Positions 22,252-31,792 of a stretch of 64,000 bases of DNA are shown here, one piece after another. The stretch spans positions 192,001 to 256,000 of the forward strand of contig JAXMNT010000003.1 in NCBI GenBank assembly GCA_034670305.1, given 5' to 3'. The notes below the pieces were generated by a model. The model was given only the letters and a program-made list of their open reading frames with translations. It was not told the DNA's origin and ran no database searches. This stretch comes from Deltaproteobacteria bacterium (lineage in GTDB: Bacteria > Myxococcota_A > Polyangia > Polyangiales > Houyiibacteriaceae). The translations under genes and the position numbers were made by a program. Every line of letters starts with the position of its first letter. The first letter of the stretch is position 1.

Positions 22252-22812
22252 ATGCGACTGCATAGCCTATACCGTCTCCTCACAGAACCAGATGGCGGCG
22301 CGTTCCGCGCCGTGTTCGGCGCGACATCCGTGTTTGTAAATATGCCGATCGGATTGCGCGAACAGCTCTTGAGTCAAGGTGTACAGATTTCGAACGTTCG
22401 CGGTTCTTCCGCAATTGACCTGCGTCGGGTGCCCGCGGATCAACACGATCATCAGGGGCCAGTCGGAGTGAGAGTTTGTCCGCAGTCAGGAGGAACTGCG
22501 CGGCTGTGTCCCGTTTGGGATGAATCCAGCTCGATGCGCGATCTTAGGGACTTGAGTGCCCTGATAACGGTGGGAACGGTGCTAATTAGCCCGCCGGCGA
22601 TAGCGATCATCATTGCGCTACAGGTTGTTGGTGACCAAGCGTCGGTTGGAACAGTTGTCGCGCTGCCCATCGCTTGCGCCTGTTTGGTGCTTCTCGTCGC
22701 ACTCATGAAGCGGGTTCGAGCGAAGGCGATCGGTCAATACAAGTGGCTACGAGTGGCCTTGAACAGTGCGGGTGTGTCCGAGTTACCGTCCCCCGAAGCG
22801 ACGCCAAACTGA
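22252..22812 (+). CDS. Candidate membrane immunity protein for the orphan tip
   Basis: Directly downstream; two C-terminal hydrophobic helices; lower GC. Confidence 0.45.
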   Translation: MRLHSLYRLLTEPDGGAFRAVFGATSVFVNMPIGLREQLLSQGVQISNVRGSSAIDLRRVPADQHDHQGPVGVRVCPQSGGTARLCPVWDESSSMRDLRDLSALITVGTVLISPPAIAIIIALQVVGDQASVGTVVALPIACACLVLLVALMKRVRAKAIGQYKWLRVALNSAGVSELPSPEATPN

Positions 22813-22941
22813 CGCTGGGCTTGATGTTAGCGGCCGATTTGATGGCTGATTTGACGTCGTAGGGATTGGGGCGGACGGCCGGGTTGTGGTTTGTGGGCCG
22901 GGTCCGTCGTAGCGAGGCGCGCTTCTACGACGATGCGCAGA

Positions 22942-23598
22942 GCAGGTCCGTCCCAGGTGCTCGCACTCAGGTTGGTCTCAGAAGGACCAGTTCGGCTGGC
23001 GGGGGTGTTCTGAAGCAGGGCGAGCTGCGCTGCACGGTCACCGGCGGTCCAAAAATTGGGTGAACGAGACCCAGTTCTGCTCGGCCTGCGCTCGATCTGG
23101 GACTGCGGACGCAACGATGCGCCGCGCGGGACTCACGCAGCGTGTTCGCAAACGCGGATGTGGCTACTGGGGTGGGTCGGAAGTCCGAGGTGGTCGCTCG
23201 GCAAGTTCGGCCGCGTCGCCTGACGCTCGTGGTCGACCGCGGCGGGCGTCTCGCATGACGACGACGCGGCGGGCCTCGCTGGGCTGATTCTTGTCGAAGC
23301 TTCCTCTTGGGGGCACGGCCCCCAAACCCCGTCCGGTGACACCGCTGGCTCGCTTCGCGAGGCTGCGCGCTGTCGAGTGCTCGACCTGCGCTTCGGGTCG
23401 GTCGCTCGTCTCGAGCAACTCGGCCGGGACGCGCGGGGGCTCCGATACGAACTCCATCGCTTCGCCTCGGACGACAGCCGCGGCCTCGTCCTTGAACGCG
23501 GTGCCGACTTCGGCGAGCACGCGCGCGACTTGTTCGTCGTCGGCGATGACGGGGTAGCCGGAGCTCGGCCTTCACCTCGTCGAGGGTGGGCTCGGGAG
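22942..23598 (-). pseudogene. RAYT-like element, 3' remnant
   Basis: End motif at about 22942; diverged C-terminal codons (EVGTAFKDEAAAVV...RTSDPPQ) with a frameshift and an insertion. Confidence 0.85.
23305..23376. repeat. Miniature hairpin insertion (~72 bp), copy A
   Basis: TCTTGGGGGCACGGCCCCCAAACCCCG...CTCGCTTCGCGAG...TGTCGA; absent from the intact transposase copies; matches 43390-43462. Confidence 0.85.
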
Positions 23599-23599
23599 C

Positions 23600-24472
23600 T
23601 CAGGCAGCCGCGGAAGCGGTTGTTGCGACCTCGTCGCCGTGGAGCCAGTCCGCGGCTTTCTGGGCGGCAGACGCGGTCCTGAGTAGGACTCGTGGGTCGG
23701 CGCGAAGGACTCGAACCCAGTGGTCGAGGTAGGCCACATGCTGCAGCTCGCCTGGGAGTCCGAACTCCGCACAGAGGAACGCGGCGCCCATCTCGGCGAT
23801 GAGTTCCTCCCGCGCATACACATCGTCTCCGAAGCGTCCCTGCTTCCGGTCGAGTCGGCTGGGGTGCGCGGTCGCGTGCACCAGCTCATGCATCAGCGTG
23901 GCGTAGTAGTTGCCGTGGTCCGAGAAGGACGTTCGATCTGGCAGCTGGATCGCGTCTTCCGTGGGGGTGTAGTGCGCTTGGTCCCCTCCGTGCCGGATGT
24001 CGATCCCGGTCGCTTCCACCCACTTGTCGACGCGCTCATCGGTGACGACATCGGCATCTTCTTTGTGAACATCTGGGAGTCCATCGCACTGCTCCAAGTT
24101 GAACACGGCAGCGCTTCCCGATACCCAACGCGGGCGGGCGCCGGGCTCCTCATCCGGCGCTGGGTCCCTCGGGCGCCAGAACACGACGCGGGTCGCGCGC
24201 TCTCCCTTTCGGACGTGGCCGCCAAGTGCGATGGCTTGCCGGTAGGTACACCACCAGCGTTCTTGGAACCCACGACTTCGCATTGCGGACCAGAGGATCA
24301 GGATGTTGATGCCCCGATAGACGCGGTTCGTCGTGAGGTTGGCGGGTCTTCCGCCATCGGTTGACCAGGGGGCAATCCAGGGAGGAACGCCACCCTCCTC
24401 AAGATCTCGAACCAGCTCCATCGCTACGGTCTCGTGCAGCGCGGCGCGCGCTGCATTCTTCTTCTTTCGCAT
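23600..24472 (-). CDS. ardC: ArdC-family antirestriction / ssDNA-binding protein with zincin-like domain
   Basis: PPW..PW, YRGINIL, TYRQA..LGGHVRKGE, VFN..QC, YYATLMHELVH, YAREELIAE; AGGAGG RBS. Confidence 0.92.
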   Translation of the reverse strand: MRKKKNAARAALHETVAMELVRDLEEGGVPPWIAPWSTDGGRPANLTTNRVYRGINILILWSAMRSRGFQERWWCTYRQAIALGGHVRKGERATRVVFWRPRDPAPDEEPGARPRWVSGSAAVFNLEQCDGLPDVHKEDADVVTDERVDKWVEATGIDIRHGGDQAHYTPTEDAIQLPDRTSFSDHGNYYATLMHELVHATAHPSRLDRKQGRFGDDVYAREELIAEMGAAFLCAEFGLPGELQHVAYLDHWVRVLRADPRVLLRTASAAQKAADWLHGDEVATTASAAA

Positions 24473-24639
24473 CGTGGTCCTCCTGGGAGAACCAACCACT
24501 CGGGCTCTTCCCGACTACTTAGAAGGGGTCCCCGAATCTGAGTTTGCAAGATTGGATCGACGCTTGGACGGATCCCGCCCCCAGCGCTGTCGGCTCCTCA
24601 CGTCTGCGATGTAGACCGTGGTGGATCGGGAGGCGGCCT

Positions 24640-24830
24640 GGTCGGTCGCCCGCGTGGTCGAGGGCTGTGGCTGTCGAAGCGATGTTGGACAAGCGGCTCG
24701 GGTCGGTCGCTTGTCTCAAAGCAACTCGGCGGGTACGCGCTGGGGCTCCGACACGAACTCGAGCGCTTCGGCTCGCACGACAGCCGCGGACTCTTCCTTG
24801 AACGCTGTGGCGACTTCGGAGAGGACGCGC
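24640..24830 (-). pseudogene. RAYT-like transposase C-terminal remnant
   Basis: RVLSEVATAFKEESAAVVRAEALEFVSEPQRVPAELL, homologous to copies 1 and 2. Confidence 0.75.
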
Positions 24831-25586
24831 ATGGTAGGGAGGGTGGATGAAGGGAACGATCGAAGCGCATCTCGCGGTGGTCAGGAATGGGCAGGTGCGA
24901 TTCGACGGGAACTCGCCGGGGTCCTGAAGGTGCGGGGTGGCCAGGTGCATTTTCGACCCTCGTCGTCCGGCGTCACGATGGTCGGCCTGCACCCCGAACG
25001 ACCGCAACGCGGCAAGGGTGGCTACCGCGATCTCGCGAAGCTGGCGTCTGACTTCGACGCCGAGTTTCGGAAGCACTGCGTGGACATCGACCAAGGCCGA
25101 CCCACGGAAGAGAAGGAACTCCAAAGTTGGCTCGTCGCCCACGCCCAGACGCACGACGGAGCGCTCACGCCACTCTTCCCGAATGGCGAAGTCGTCTTCG
25201 TCACCGACGAGATCCCGGTCCCCCACGACAGCGGCCGCATCGTGTGCGACTTGCTCGCCGCAAGGATCATCGGACCAGGTCGCATTCGACCCGTGTTGAT
25301 CGAGCTCAAGAGCGAGCGCGCCATGAAACGTCTCGTCGAACAAGTCACCTCCTACGCCGCCATCATTGACGCACACCCCAAGCTCTTCGAAGACCTCTAC
25401 GGCGCCCTGCTCGGCAAACCGGTGCTGTCTGATCGAACCGCAGTCCGCTTCGAAGGGGGCGTCGAGAAACACATCGTCTGGCCAGCCCCACCATCCGGAG
25501 GCGAACCCCGCCGAGCGAAGCTCGCCACCCTCGACATCGCAGTCCACACCTACACCCGCACAGCCAACGGCTTCGCCTTCGGCTGA
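24831..25586 (+). CDS. PD-(D/E)xK nuclease-like protein (NucS-like motifs)
   Basis: EKELQSWL...DEIPV...CDLLA...LIELK...VEQVTSY. Confidence 0.65.
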   Translation: MVGRVDEGNDRSASRGGQEWAGAIRRELAGVLKVRGGQVHFRPSSSGVTMVGLHPERPQRGKGGYRDLAKLASDFDAEFRKHCVDIDQGRPTEEKELQSWLVAHAQTHDGALTPLFPNGEVVFVTDEIPVPHDSGRIVCDLLAARIIGPGRIRPVLIELKSERAMKRLVEQVTSYAAIIDAHPKLFEDLYGALLGKPVLSDRTAVRFEGGVEKHIVWPAPPSGGEPRRAKLATLDIAVHTYTRTANGFAFG

Positions 25587-25735
25587 CCTCGAGCCGAAAC
25601 CGAAAGACCCGCGGAGGATCAGGGACATCGAAGTTCTCAACCCAGACAGGTGGTTGACGTTTTTGACGTTGGTCGACGTTCGGCCACACCGCCAGAGTCG
25701 TTGTCAGATCCGCCAGGCTTGGTCGTCTTGGGAAT

Positions 25736-27583
25736 ATGACAACGAGCCACGAACAAGCGGGTGCGCGGGCCGGAGAGAGTTCCTCCCTCGCCGACCTCCG
25801 TCCCGTTTGCGACGCGAGCTTTGTGCAGAAGCTGCGCGCGATTCGCGACACCCTCACGGAAGGCCTGGTGGAACGCGAGGTGGCGGTGCGGCTGAGTCTT
25901 CTCGCTGCGCTGGCCGGTGAGCACTTGTTGATGCTCGGTCCGCCGGGAACGGCCAAGAGTCTGATCGCCCGTCGCCTTCATCTCGCCTTCAGCGAGTCCA
26001 CGTACTTCGAGAGACTGCTGACCCGGTTCACGGTTCCTGAGGAACTCTTCGGGCCGCTGTCGATCAAGGGCCTCGAAGAGGACCGCTATGAACGACTGAC
26101 CGACGCTTACCTGCCCAAGGCCTCGATCGCCTTTCTCGATGAGATATTCAAGGCGAACAGCGCCATCCTCAACTCCCTGCTGACCCTCCTCAACGAACGG
26201 GAGTTCGACAACGGCGTCTCGCGCGACGAGACACCACTCGTCGCTGTCATCGGTGCGAGCAACGAACTTCCGGAAGGGGAGGAACTCGACGCGCTCTTCG
26301 ATCGGTTCTTGCTGCGGCTCCATGTAGGTCCTGTGACCAAGGACGCTTTCCCGACACTTCTGGCTCTCCGCGATCGGGCTGTGCCCGAGGTCGCGCACGA
26401 GCTGAAGCTCGATGCCCAGGAACTGCTGGCGGTGCAGAACGCGGCGGCCGCGGTAGAGGTCCCCCCGGATGTCACTGCGCTGCTGTGCGACCTACGAGAT
26501 TGGTGCACGGCCGAGGACGTTCAGGTCTCGGACCGCCGGTGGCGCAAGGTCGTCAAGTTGCTCCAGGTCTCGGCTGCGACGCATGGACGTACTCAGGTCT
26601 CCATCTGGGACTGTTGGCTGCTCCAGCACTGTGTTTGGAACACGCCGGAGGCACGGGAGAAGGTCTTTGAGTGGTATGCCGCGCGCGTGGGAGCGTCGGC
26701 GGTCATGAACCCTGAACGTCTCACGAGAATCGTGGTCTCGTTTGAGGCCCGGCTGAAGGCGAACCGTGAGAGTCGGTCGCAGACCCGTGACGACCAGGGA
26801 CGGCTCGTGTTCAAGGATGCGCACGGTAAACGCACTTTCGAAGTGACGGGCCCGGCACAGAAGCGGCGCGGAGAGGATGTCTTGTTTCTCGCGCCGGCCA
26901 ACGGCCTGCTCGGCTGCGATAGACTTCATGACCGGACGAACGGCGGCGCGGGCTACACGCGGGACGAGCTGAACAACATTCAGGTCGGTGGGAGTCACTA
27001 TGATCGGCAACGCTTCGGCAGATGGTCGGGCAGGGACGCGTACTTGGCCGACCCGAACAACTGGCTCATGGAGGACGTCGCGTTCGCGCCGGTCTTGGAG
27101 CCGACCCGATTCAGCGGGTTCTACGTCGAAGGAGTCCGCGGCGAACTCGGGAAGCTGAAGGAAGAGGTCGGCGGGTACCTCGAAGGGCTCCTGCAGCACC
27201 TCGATTCGTTGAAGGCCGACATCTGCGATCACCTCTGGGTCTTGCCTGAGTTCGCGGAGCTCGCAGCACAGAATCTGGAGCAGACCCGAAGGGACGTCGA
27301 CGCCCTGCTGATGCGGGTGGATGAGCTGCACGCGGGTTTCGAGGCCCTACCACGCGAAGTGGCCGTGCGCTCCGTCCGGGGGACTCGCTCCTGGCACGCT
27401 TTTGAACGTGGTCTGAGGGTGTCGTTGGGTCGCTCGCGTCCTTGCTCGGCTCGTCGCTCAGTCCGCTCGGGCCAGCGAAGCGGGTCCCGAACCTCTGTTT
27501 CGCTGGTTCTGCGTTCTTGCGTCTTGCTTCGGACGCAGGTGTGCGCGGCTCGGGCTGTTGCCGGGCCGCGCTTTGGCTCTTGA
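25736..27583 (+). CDS. MoxR/RavA-like AAA ATPase (3' end reads into a repeat)
   Basis: GEHLLMLGPPGTAKS, FTVPEELFGP, FLDEIFKANSAILNSLL, GASNELP, ALFDRF, VSDRRW. Confidence 0.88.
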   Translation: MTTSHEQAGARAGESSSLADLRPVCDASFVQKLRAIRDTLTEGLVEREVAVRLSLLAALAGEHLLMLGPPGTAKSLIARRLHLAFSESTYFERLLTRFTVPEELFGPLSIKGLEEDRYERLTDAYLPKASIAFLDEIFKANSAILNSLLTLLNEREFDNGVSRDETPLVAVIGASNELPEGEELDALFDRFLLRLHVGPVTKDAFPTLLALRDRAVPEVAHELKLDAQELLAVQNAAAAVEVPPDVTALLCDLRDWCTAEDVQVSDRRWRKVVKLLQVSAATHGRTQVSIWDCWLLQHCVWNTPEAREKVFEWYAARVGASAVMNPERLTRIVVSFEARLKANRESRSQTRDDQGRLVFKDAHGKRTFEVTGPAQKRRGEDVLFLAPANGLLGCDRLHDRTNGGAGYTRDELNNIQVGGSHYDRQRFGRWSGRDAYLADPNNWLMEDVAFAPVLEPTRFSGFYVEGVRGELGKLKEEVGGYLEGLLQHLDSLKADICDHLWVLPEFAELAAQNLEQTRRDVDALLMRVDELHAGFEALPREVAVRSVRGTRSWHAFERGLRVSLGRSRPCSARRSVRSGQRSGSRTSVSLVLRSCVLLRTQVCAARAVAGPRFGS

Positions 27584-27655
27584 AGCCCGCTGAGGTAGTT
27601 CAGTCGGGGTCTTTGTCGGCTCGAGGAGTTCCGCCTGGTCTGAGGAGGTCTCGGC
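27366..27655. repeat. ~290-bp direct repeat, copy 1
   Basis: Closely matches 29265-29555. Confidence 0.9.
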
Positions 27656-29237
27656 GGACGGTGACTCGGTCGGTGTCGCTCAGGCCGGGACGGCTTCCGT
27701 AGCGGTCGCGGACGGGGTGGGGCGCCATCGGAGGTTGGATGCTCGGTCGCTTGGTGGCGCTCTTCTGCTCGTTCCGGTCCGTGGTGGCCGTGGGTGGTTC
27801 GTCGCCAAGGGGTCGTGAGCTCGACTCCTTCGCGCTTCGTTCGCGAAGCTTCTCGTACATGGTGCCGTAGAAGTCGGACATGTCGTCCGCCGACTCTTCT
27901 CGTTCGGCGAGTCGTTCATCATCACCGACGGCGCACCCAGCCACGACGACCACTTGCTTCGGCACCTCGCACTCCACGAACCGAGCGGCCCAGCCTGCAT
28001 CGAAGACACCCGGCGCCAGGAAGTACGCCTCCCCACCCGGCGGCTCCGCTTCGTTGCGCCGCTCGCGCACCGCCTTGTACGTGCCGTACGGATAGACGAT
28101 GTCGGGCTGCTCCCTCGGTGACTCGGCGTCGGGTTCGTCACCTTGAGAGTCGTCCGGCGGCCGTTCTACTGCGCGAGCAGTGGTGTCCGGTGCCGGCTCT
28201 TGCTCCTGAGCGCCGCAGTCCGGTTCCCGCGCTTCGGCGAGCTCTCGTTCCCGCGCCTTGGCGAGTCTCCGCTTCCGTGCCTGCTTCACTCGCCGCCGCG
28301 CGATCTGCGCGTTCTCTTCCAGCCGCACCTTTTCGTGCACTGCGCAGAACTGGTCGACCTCGGCCGTCACGAGCTCCCGCAGCCGCTTGCGCTCCCCGAC
28401 GTCACCCGCGCCAATCATGACGAGCGGCTTGTTCGGACTCCACCGCTCCACGAGCGTGTTCGGCTCGTCCCACGGATGCATCTTCTGATCGCCCAGCACC
28501 GGAAACGGTCGCATCGCAGCCAGCGCACGCTCCTGTGTGCGCGCATCGCTCCGCAGGTCCGCGACCATGCGTTTCGTGTCGCCGCCGTACGCGATGTACG
28601 CCGCCGGCGTCGGCCCGAACACGAGAATGACCTCCGCCGGAAACGACGGGTCGAAGAACACGTCCGGCCGCTTCACCCGCAACCGGTACCCACCGATCCA
28701 CTCGAGCGGCGTACACACCCCGTCGTAGTCCGCCGCCTTCTCACACAGCCCAGCCGCGACGGGGTTCAAGTACTGGTAGAGCACCTGCTTCAACTCCGCC
28801 GACCAATCCATCGTCCGCATGAACGAGATCTGCCGACCGTCGAAGACCTGACCAAGCCGCTGATAGCCACGCTTGGCCAGCAGCACGTTGATCGCCTTTG
28901 CGGTCCACGAATGCGCCCTGCAGAAGATCCTCGGCGCCCTCCCTCTCACATCGGTGAAGAACACATGCGGATGCGTGCCCATCAAACAGATCTGATGGAA
29001 CACCGCCTCTGAATCCCGGTCTCCCATGCCATCGTCCGCACCGAGCGCCGCCACCCCAAGCGCGTACAGATAGATCTGCGAAACCTGAGGGTCCCAGTTG
29101 CCGAGCGCGAACTTCCGCAAGTTCGTCCGCCGCGTCATCGCCAGCGTCTCCCCATGCACCCTCGCCCGCGGCCTCACGAACACCCTCATCGGCACTGCCC
29201 ACCGGCGGTTGCCATTGGCGGACTCGACGGACCCCAT
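27600..29237 (-). CDS. Second, diverged RAYT-like Y1/HUH transposase
   Basis: AMTRRTNLRKF, MGTHPH (HUH), YQYLNPVAAGL, YPYGTYK shared with family 1; true start may be near 29189. Confidence 0.8.
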   Translation of the reverse strand: MGSVESANGNRRWAVPMRVFVRPRARVHGETLAMTRRTNLRKFALGNWDPQVSQIYLYALGVAALGADDGMGDRDSEAVFHQICLMGTHPHVFFTDVRGRAPRIFCRAHSWTAKAINVLLAKRGYQRLGQVFDGRQISFMRTMDWSAELKQVLYQYLNPVAAGLCEKAADYDGVCTPLEWIGGYRLRVKRPDVFFDPSFPAEVILVFGPTPAAYIAYGGDTKRMVADLRSDARTQERALAAMRPFPVLGDQKMHPWDEPNTLVERWSPNKPLVMIGAGDVGERKRLRELVTAEVDQFCAVHEKVRLEENAQIARRRVKQARKRRLAKARERELAEAREPDCGAQEQEPAPDTTARAVERPPDDSQGDEPDAESPREQPDIVYPYGTYKAVRERRNEAEPPGGEAYFLAPGVFDAGWAARFVECEVPKQVVVVAGCAVGDDERLAEREESADDMSDFYGTMYEKLRERSAKESSSRPLGDEPPTATTDRNEQKSATKRPSIQPPMAPHPVRDRYGSRPGLSDTDRVTVRRDLLRPGGTPRADKDPD

Positions 29238-29264
29238 GGACGGGCTCCAACCGGAGCGCTTCGC

Positions 29265-29612
29265 GCGCTCGGTCCGGGGGACTCGCTCCTGGCACGCTAT
29301 TGAACGTGACCTGACGGGTGTCGTTGGCTGGCGCGCGCCCTTGCTCGGCTCGTCGCTCAGTCCGCTCGGGCCCGGGAATCGACTCCCGAACCTCTGTTTC
29401 GCTGGTTCTGCGTTCTTGCGTCTTCCTTCGGACGCAGGTGTGCGCGGCTCGGGCTGTTGCCGGGCCGCGCTTTGGCTCTTGAAGCCCGCTGAGGTGGTTC
29501 AGTCGGGGTCTTCGTCGGCTCGAGGAGTTCCGCCTGGTCTGAGGAGGTCTCGGCGCGGAGGTTGGATCCTCGGTCGCTTGGTGGCGCTCTTCTGCTCGTT
29601 GCGGTCCGTGGC
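29265..29612. repeat. Direct repeat, copy 2 (3' end of the family-2 transposase with an internal deletion)
   Basis: Matches 27366-27655 and then 27729-27785. Confidence 0.85.
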
Positions 29613-29670
29613 AGTTGTCCCGGCGACACGAGTCCAACGTCTCGACCACCGTCGTTCCCCAGACGCAGCG

Positions 29671-29703
29671 ACGCCCGGCTGAGCGGGGGCTCGAACCGGG
29701 CGT
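29671..29703. terminator. Hairpin downstream of the tRNA
   Basis: ACGCCCGG...CCGGGCGT inverted repeat. Confidence 0.4.
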
Positions 29704-29723
29704 GATCGCTTTCGTTTCTGCGG

Positions 29724-29796
<73 letters not shown>

Positions 29797-29900
29797 AACC
29801 TCCGAAGAGACGGTCGATGTAGGTGGCTTTGGGCTGGGCGTCAAGAGGCGCGGCGGACGCTCCGAACCCAATTGCAGACGGGGCGGGGTTTCAGTCCGTC

Positions 29901-31532
29901 ATGGCGTCGAGACAGCGGGTGGTTGGGGCGGGTGGGACGGGGCGACCAGGCGTGGCGCCTTCGTGCGAGGCGTGTCTCGACGGACGGCGCGACGCCAAGA
30001 AGCGAGACAAGAGGGGAGGCGCCGCCCACCCGCAGCGCAGCTTCGTCGGAGCGCTCGGCACGGGGTGCGCGCTGCTCGGTCTGCTTGCGTTCGGGCTCTT
30101 CGTGGCGCCGGCGGGACGAACCGGTTCGGCGCAGCCGGCAGTCGACTCGGCGGGCGTGGTGGGGTGGCACGTTCGGCTTGCCCGAGGGTGGTTGCGGACA
30201 CCGGCTGTGGCGGACGGACGAGTCTTCGTAGGCGGCGGGATCGGGAGCCGGTCGTTCTTTGCATTCGATGCGCGCACGGGCGCACGGCTGTGGGAGGCGA
30301 CCGTCAGCGACGTGGGCCCAACGGCGGCGCTGGTCCACGGCGGGCGCGTGGTGTTCGGCTCGGAGAGTTGCCACGTGCATGTGCTCGACGCGGAGACGGG
30401 AGAGGTGCTGTGGGAGCGGGTGCTCGGGGATCCGATCACCGCTGCGCCGGCGATCGCGGACGGACGCATCTTCGAGGTCTATCCCGGCCCGCGAGGCTGG
30501 GCGGTGGCGGCGCTGGCGCTCGACGACGGCACGCCGCTCTGGTCGACGACGATCGGGCACAACGCGATCGACGCACCGGTCGTGAAGGGCGGCGTGGTCT
30601 ACCTGACGCTGACGCAGGGCGATGTGGTGGCGCTCGACGCGCGCACGGGCCGGGTGCGGTGGCGGGCGGCGGCCGACGCGATCGGGGCGCCGTCGATCGG
30701 CGACAACGAGGTGCGGGTGGTGCGGTGGAAACGCGAGGGCGGCGTCTTCTACAGCCGCGAGGTGCAGGTGTTCGGTCAGGAGTTGGGACGCCGGGTGCTT
30801 TTCGAGGCACTGAGCGCGCGGTTGGCCGAGCTGACGGGGTGTGGCTGGAACGAACCGGTGCGGACCGAAGTGCGCGTCGATCCGGATGGCACGCTGCACG
30901 CGGACCTCGAACATTTGAACGATGCGGTGCGCGCCTGTCTGGCGCCGGTGTTCTCGGCAGCGAAGATCGACCCCATCGGCGCGCACGCGATGTTCCAGGT
31001 GGACCTCAGTCGCGGGCACCAGGAGGTGGTGCGACTCGACCGGGCGACCGGCGCGATGCGTGGTTCGCTCGGCGCGCTGGCGCTCGGCACCGTGCCGACG
31101 ATCGCGGCGCGGAGCGGAGGCAACTGGTTCTGGCACTACGAGGGGCCGCGGGTGGTGCGCGATGGCGCCGCGCAGTTCGAACTGCTCGGCGACACGCTCC
31201 GTGTGCGGGAGGACGTCTCGGTGCTGGGCGCCGATCGGGTCCGGTGGGCACACCGAGAACGCGGTGGCGCGTCGTTGCCGGCGCTGACCGGCGAGCACGT
31301 GGTGTTCGGGACGGGAGGCGGCGAGCTCGTGGTGCGGGAGCGCGGCTCCGGGAGAGAGGTGCGCCGGGTTCGGGTGGGACACGCGATCGGGTCGCAGCCG
31401 GTGATCGACAAGGGCTGGGTCTACGCGACCACCCGGGACGGCTTGCTGGTGGCGCGCGCAATGCGCGACCTGCTCGACCCCTCGGAGCGCTACCCGATGT
31501 GGGGCGGTTCGGTCTCCCGCAACGGACGCTGA
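29901..31532 (+). CDS. PQQ-binding-like (BamB-type) beta-propeller protein
   Basis: Repeated [34 protein letters not shown]-terminal membrane segment. Confidence 0.85.
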   Translation: MASRQRVVGAGGTGRPGVAPSCEACLDGRRDAKKRDKRGGAAHPQRSFVGALGTGCALLGLLAFGLFVAPAGRTGSAQPAVDSAGVVGWHVRLARGWLRTPAVADGRVFVGGGIGSRSFFAFDARTGARLWEATVSDVGPTAALVHGGRVVFGSESCHVHVLDAETGEVLWERVLGDPITAAPAIADGRIFEVYPGPRGWAVAALALDDGTPLWSTTIGHNAIDAPVVKGGVVYLTLTQGDVVALDARTGRVRWRAAADAIGAPSIGDNEVRVVRWKREGGVFYSREVQVFGQELGRRVLFEALSARLAELTGCGWNEPVRTEVRVDPDGTLHADLEHLNDAVRACLAPVFSAAKIDPIGAHAMFQVDLSRGHQEVVRLDRATGAMRGSLGALALGTVPTIAARSGGNWFWHYEGPRVVRDGAAQFELLGDTLRVREDVSVLGADRVRWAHRERGGASLPALTGEHVVFGTGGGELVVRERGSGREVRRVRVGHAIGSQPVIDKGWVYATTRDGLLVARAMRDLLDPSERYPMWGGSVSRNGR

Positions 31533-31540
31533 AATGGCGT

Positions 31541-31783
31541 CCGATTCGGGGTCGGCATCGGCATCGGCGTCGGCTTCGGATTCGGCTTCGGATTCGGCAT
31601 CGGCATCGACCTCGGCATCGGCTTCGGATTCGGCATCGGCTTCGGCATCGACATCAGATTCGGATTCGGATTCGGCTTCGGGGTCGGCATCGGCTTCGGC
31701 ATCGGCTTCGGCATCGGCATCGGATTCGGGGTCGGCTTTGGATTCGGCATCGGCTTCGGGGTCGGCTTCGGCTTCGGCTTCGT
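31541..31783. repeat. Long intergenic hexamer tract (TCGGCA/TCGGCT/TCGGAT)
   Basis: About 40 imperfect units between convergent genes. Confidence 0.9.
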
Positions 31784-31792
31784 CGCAGTCCG

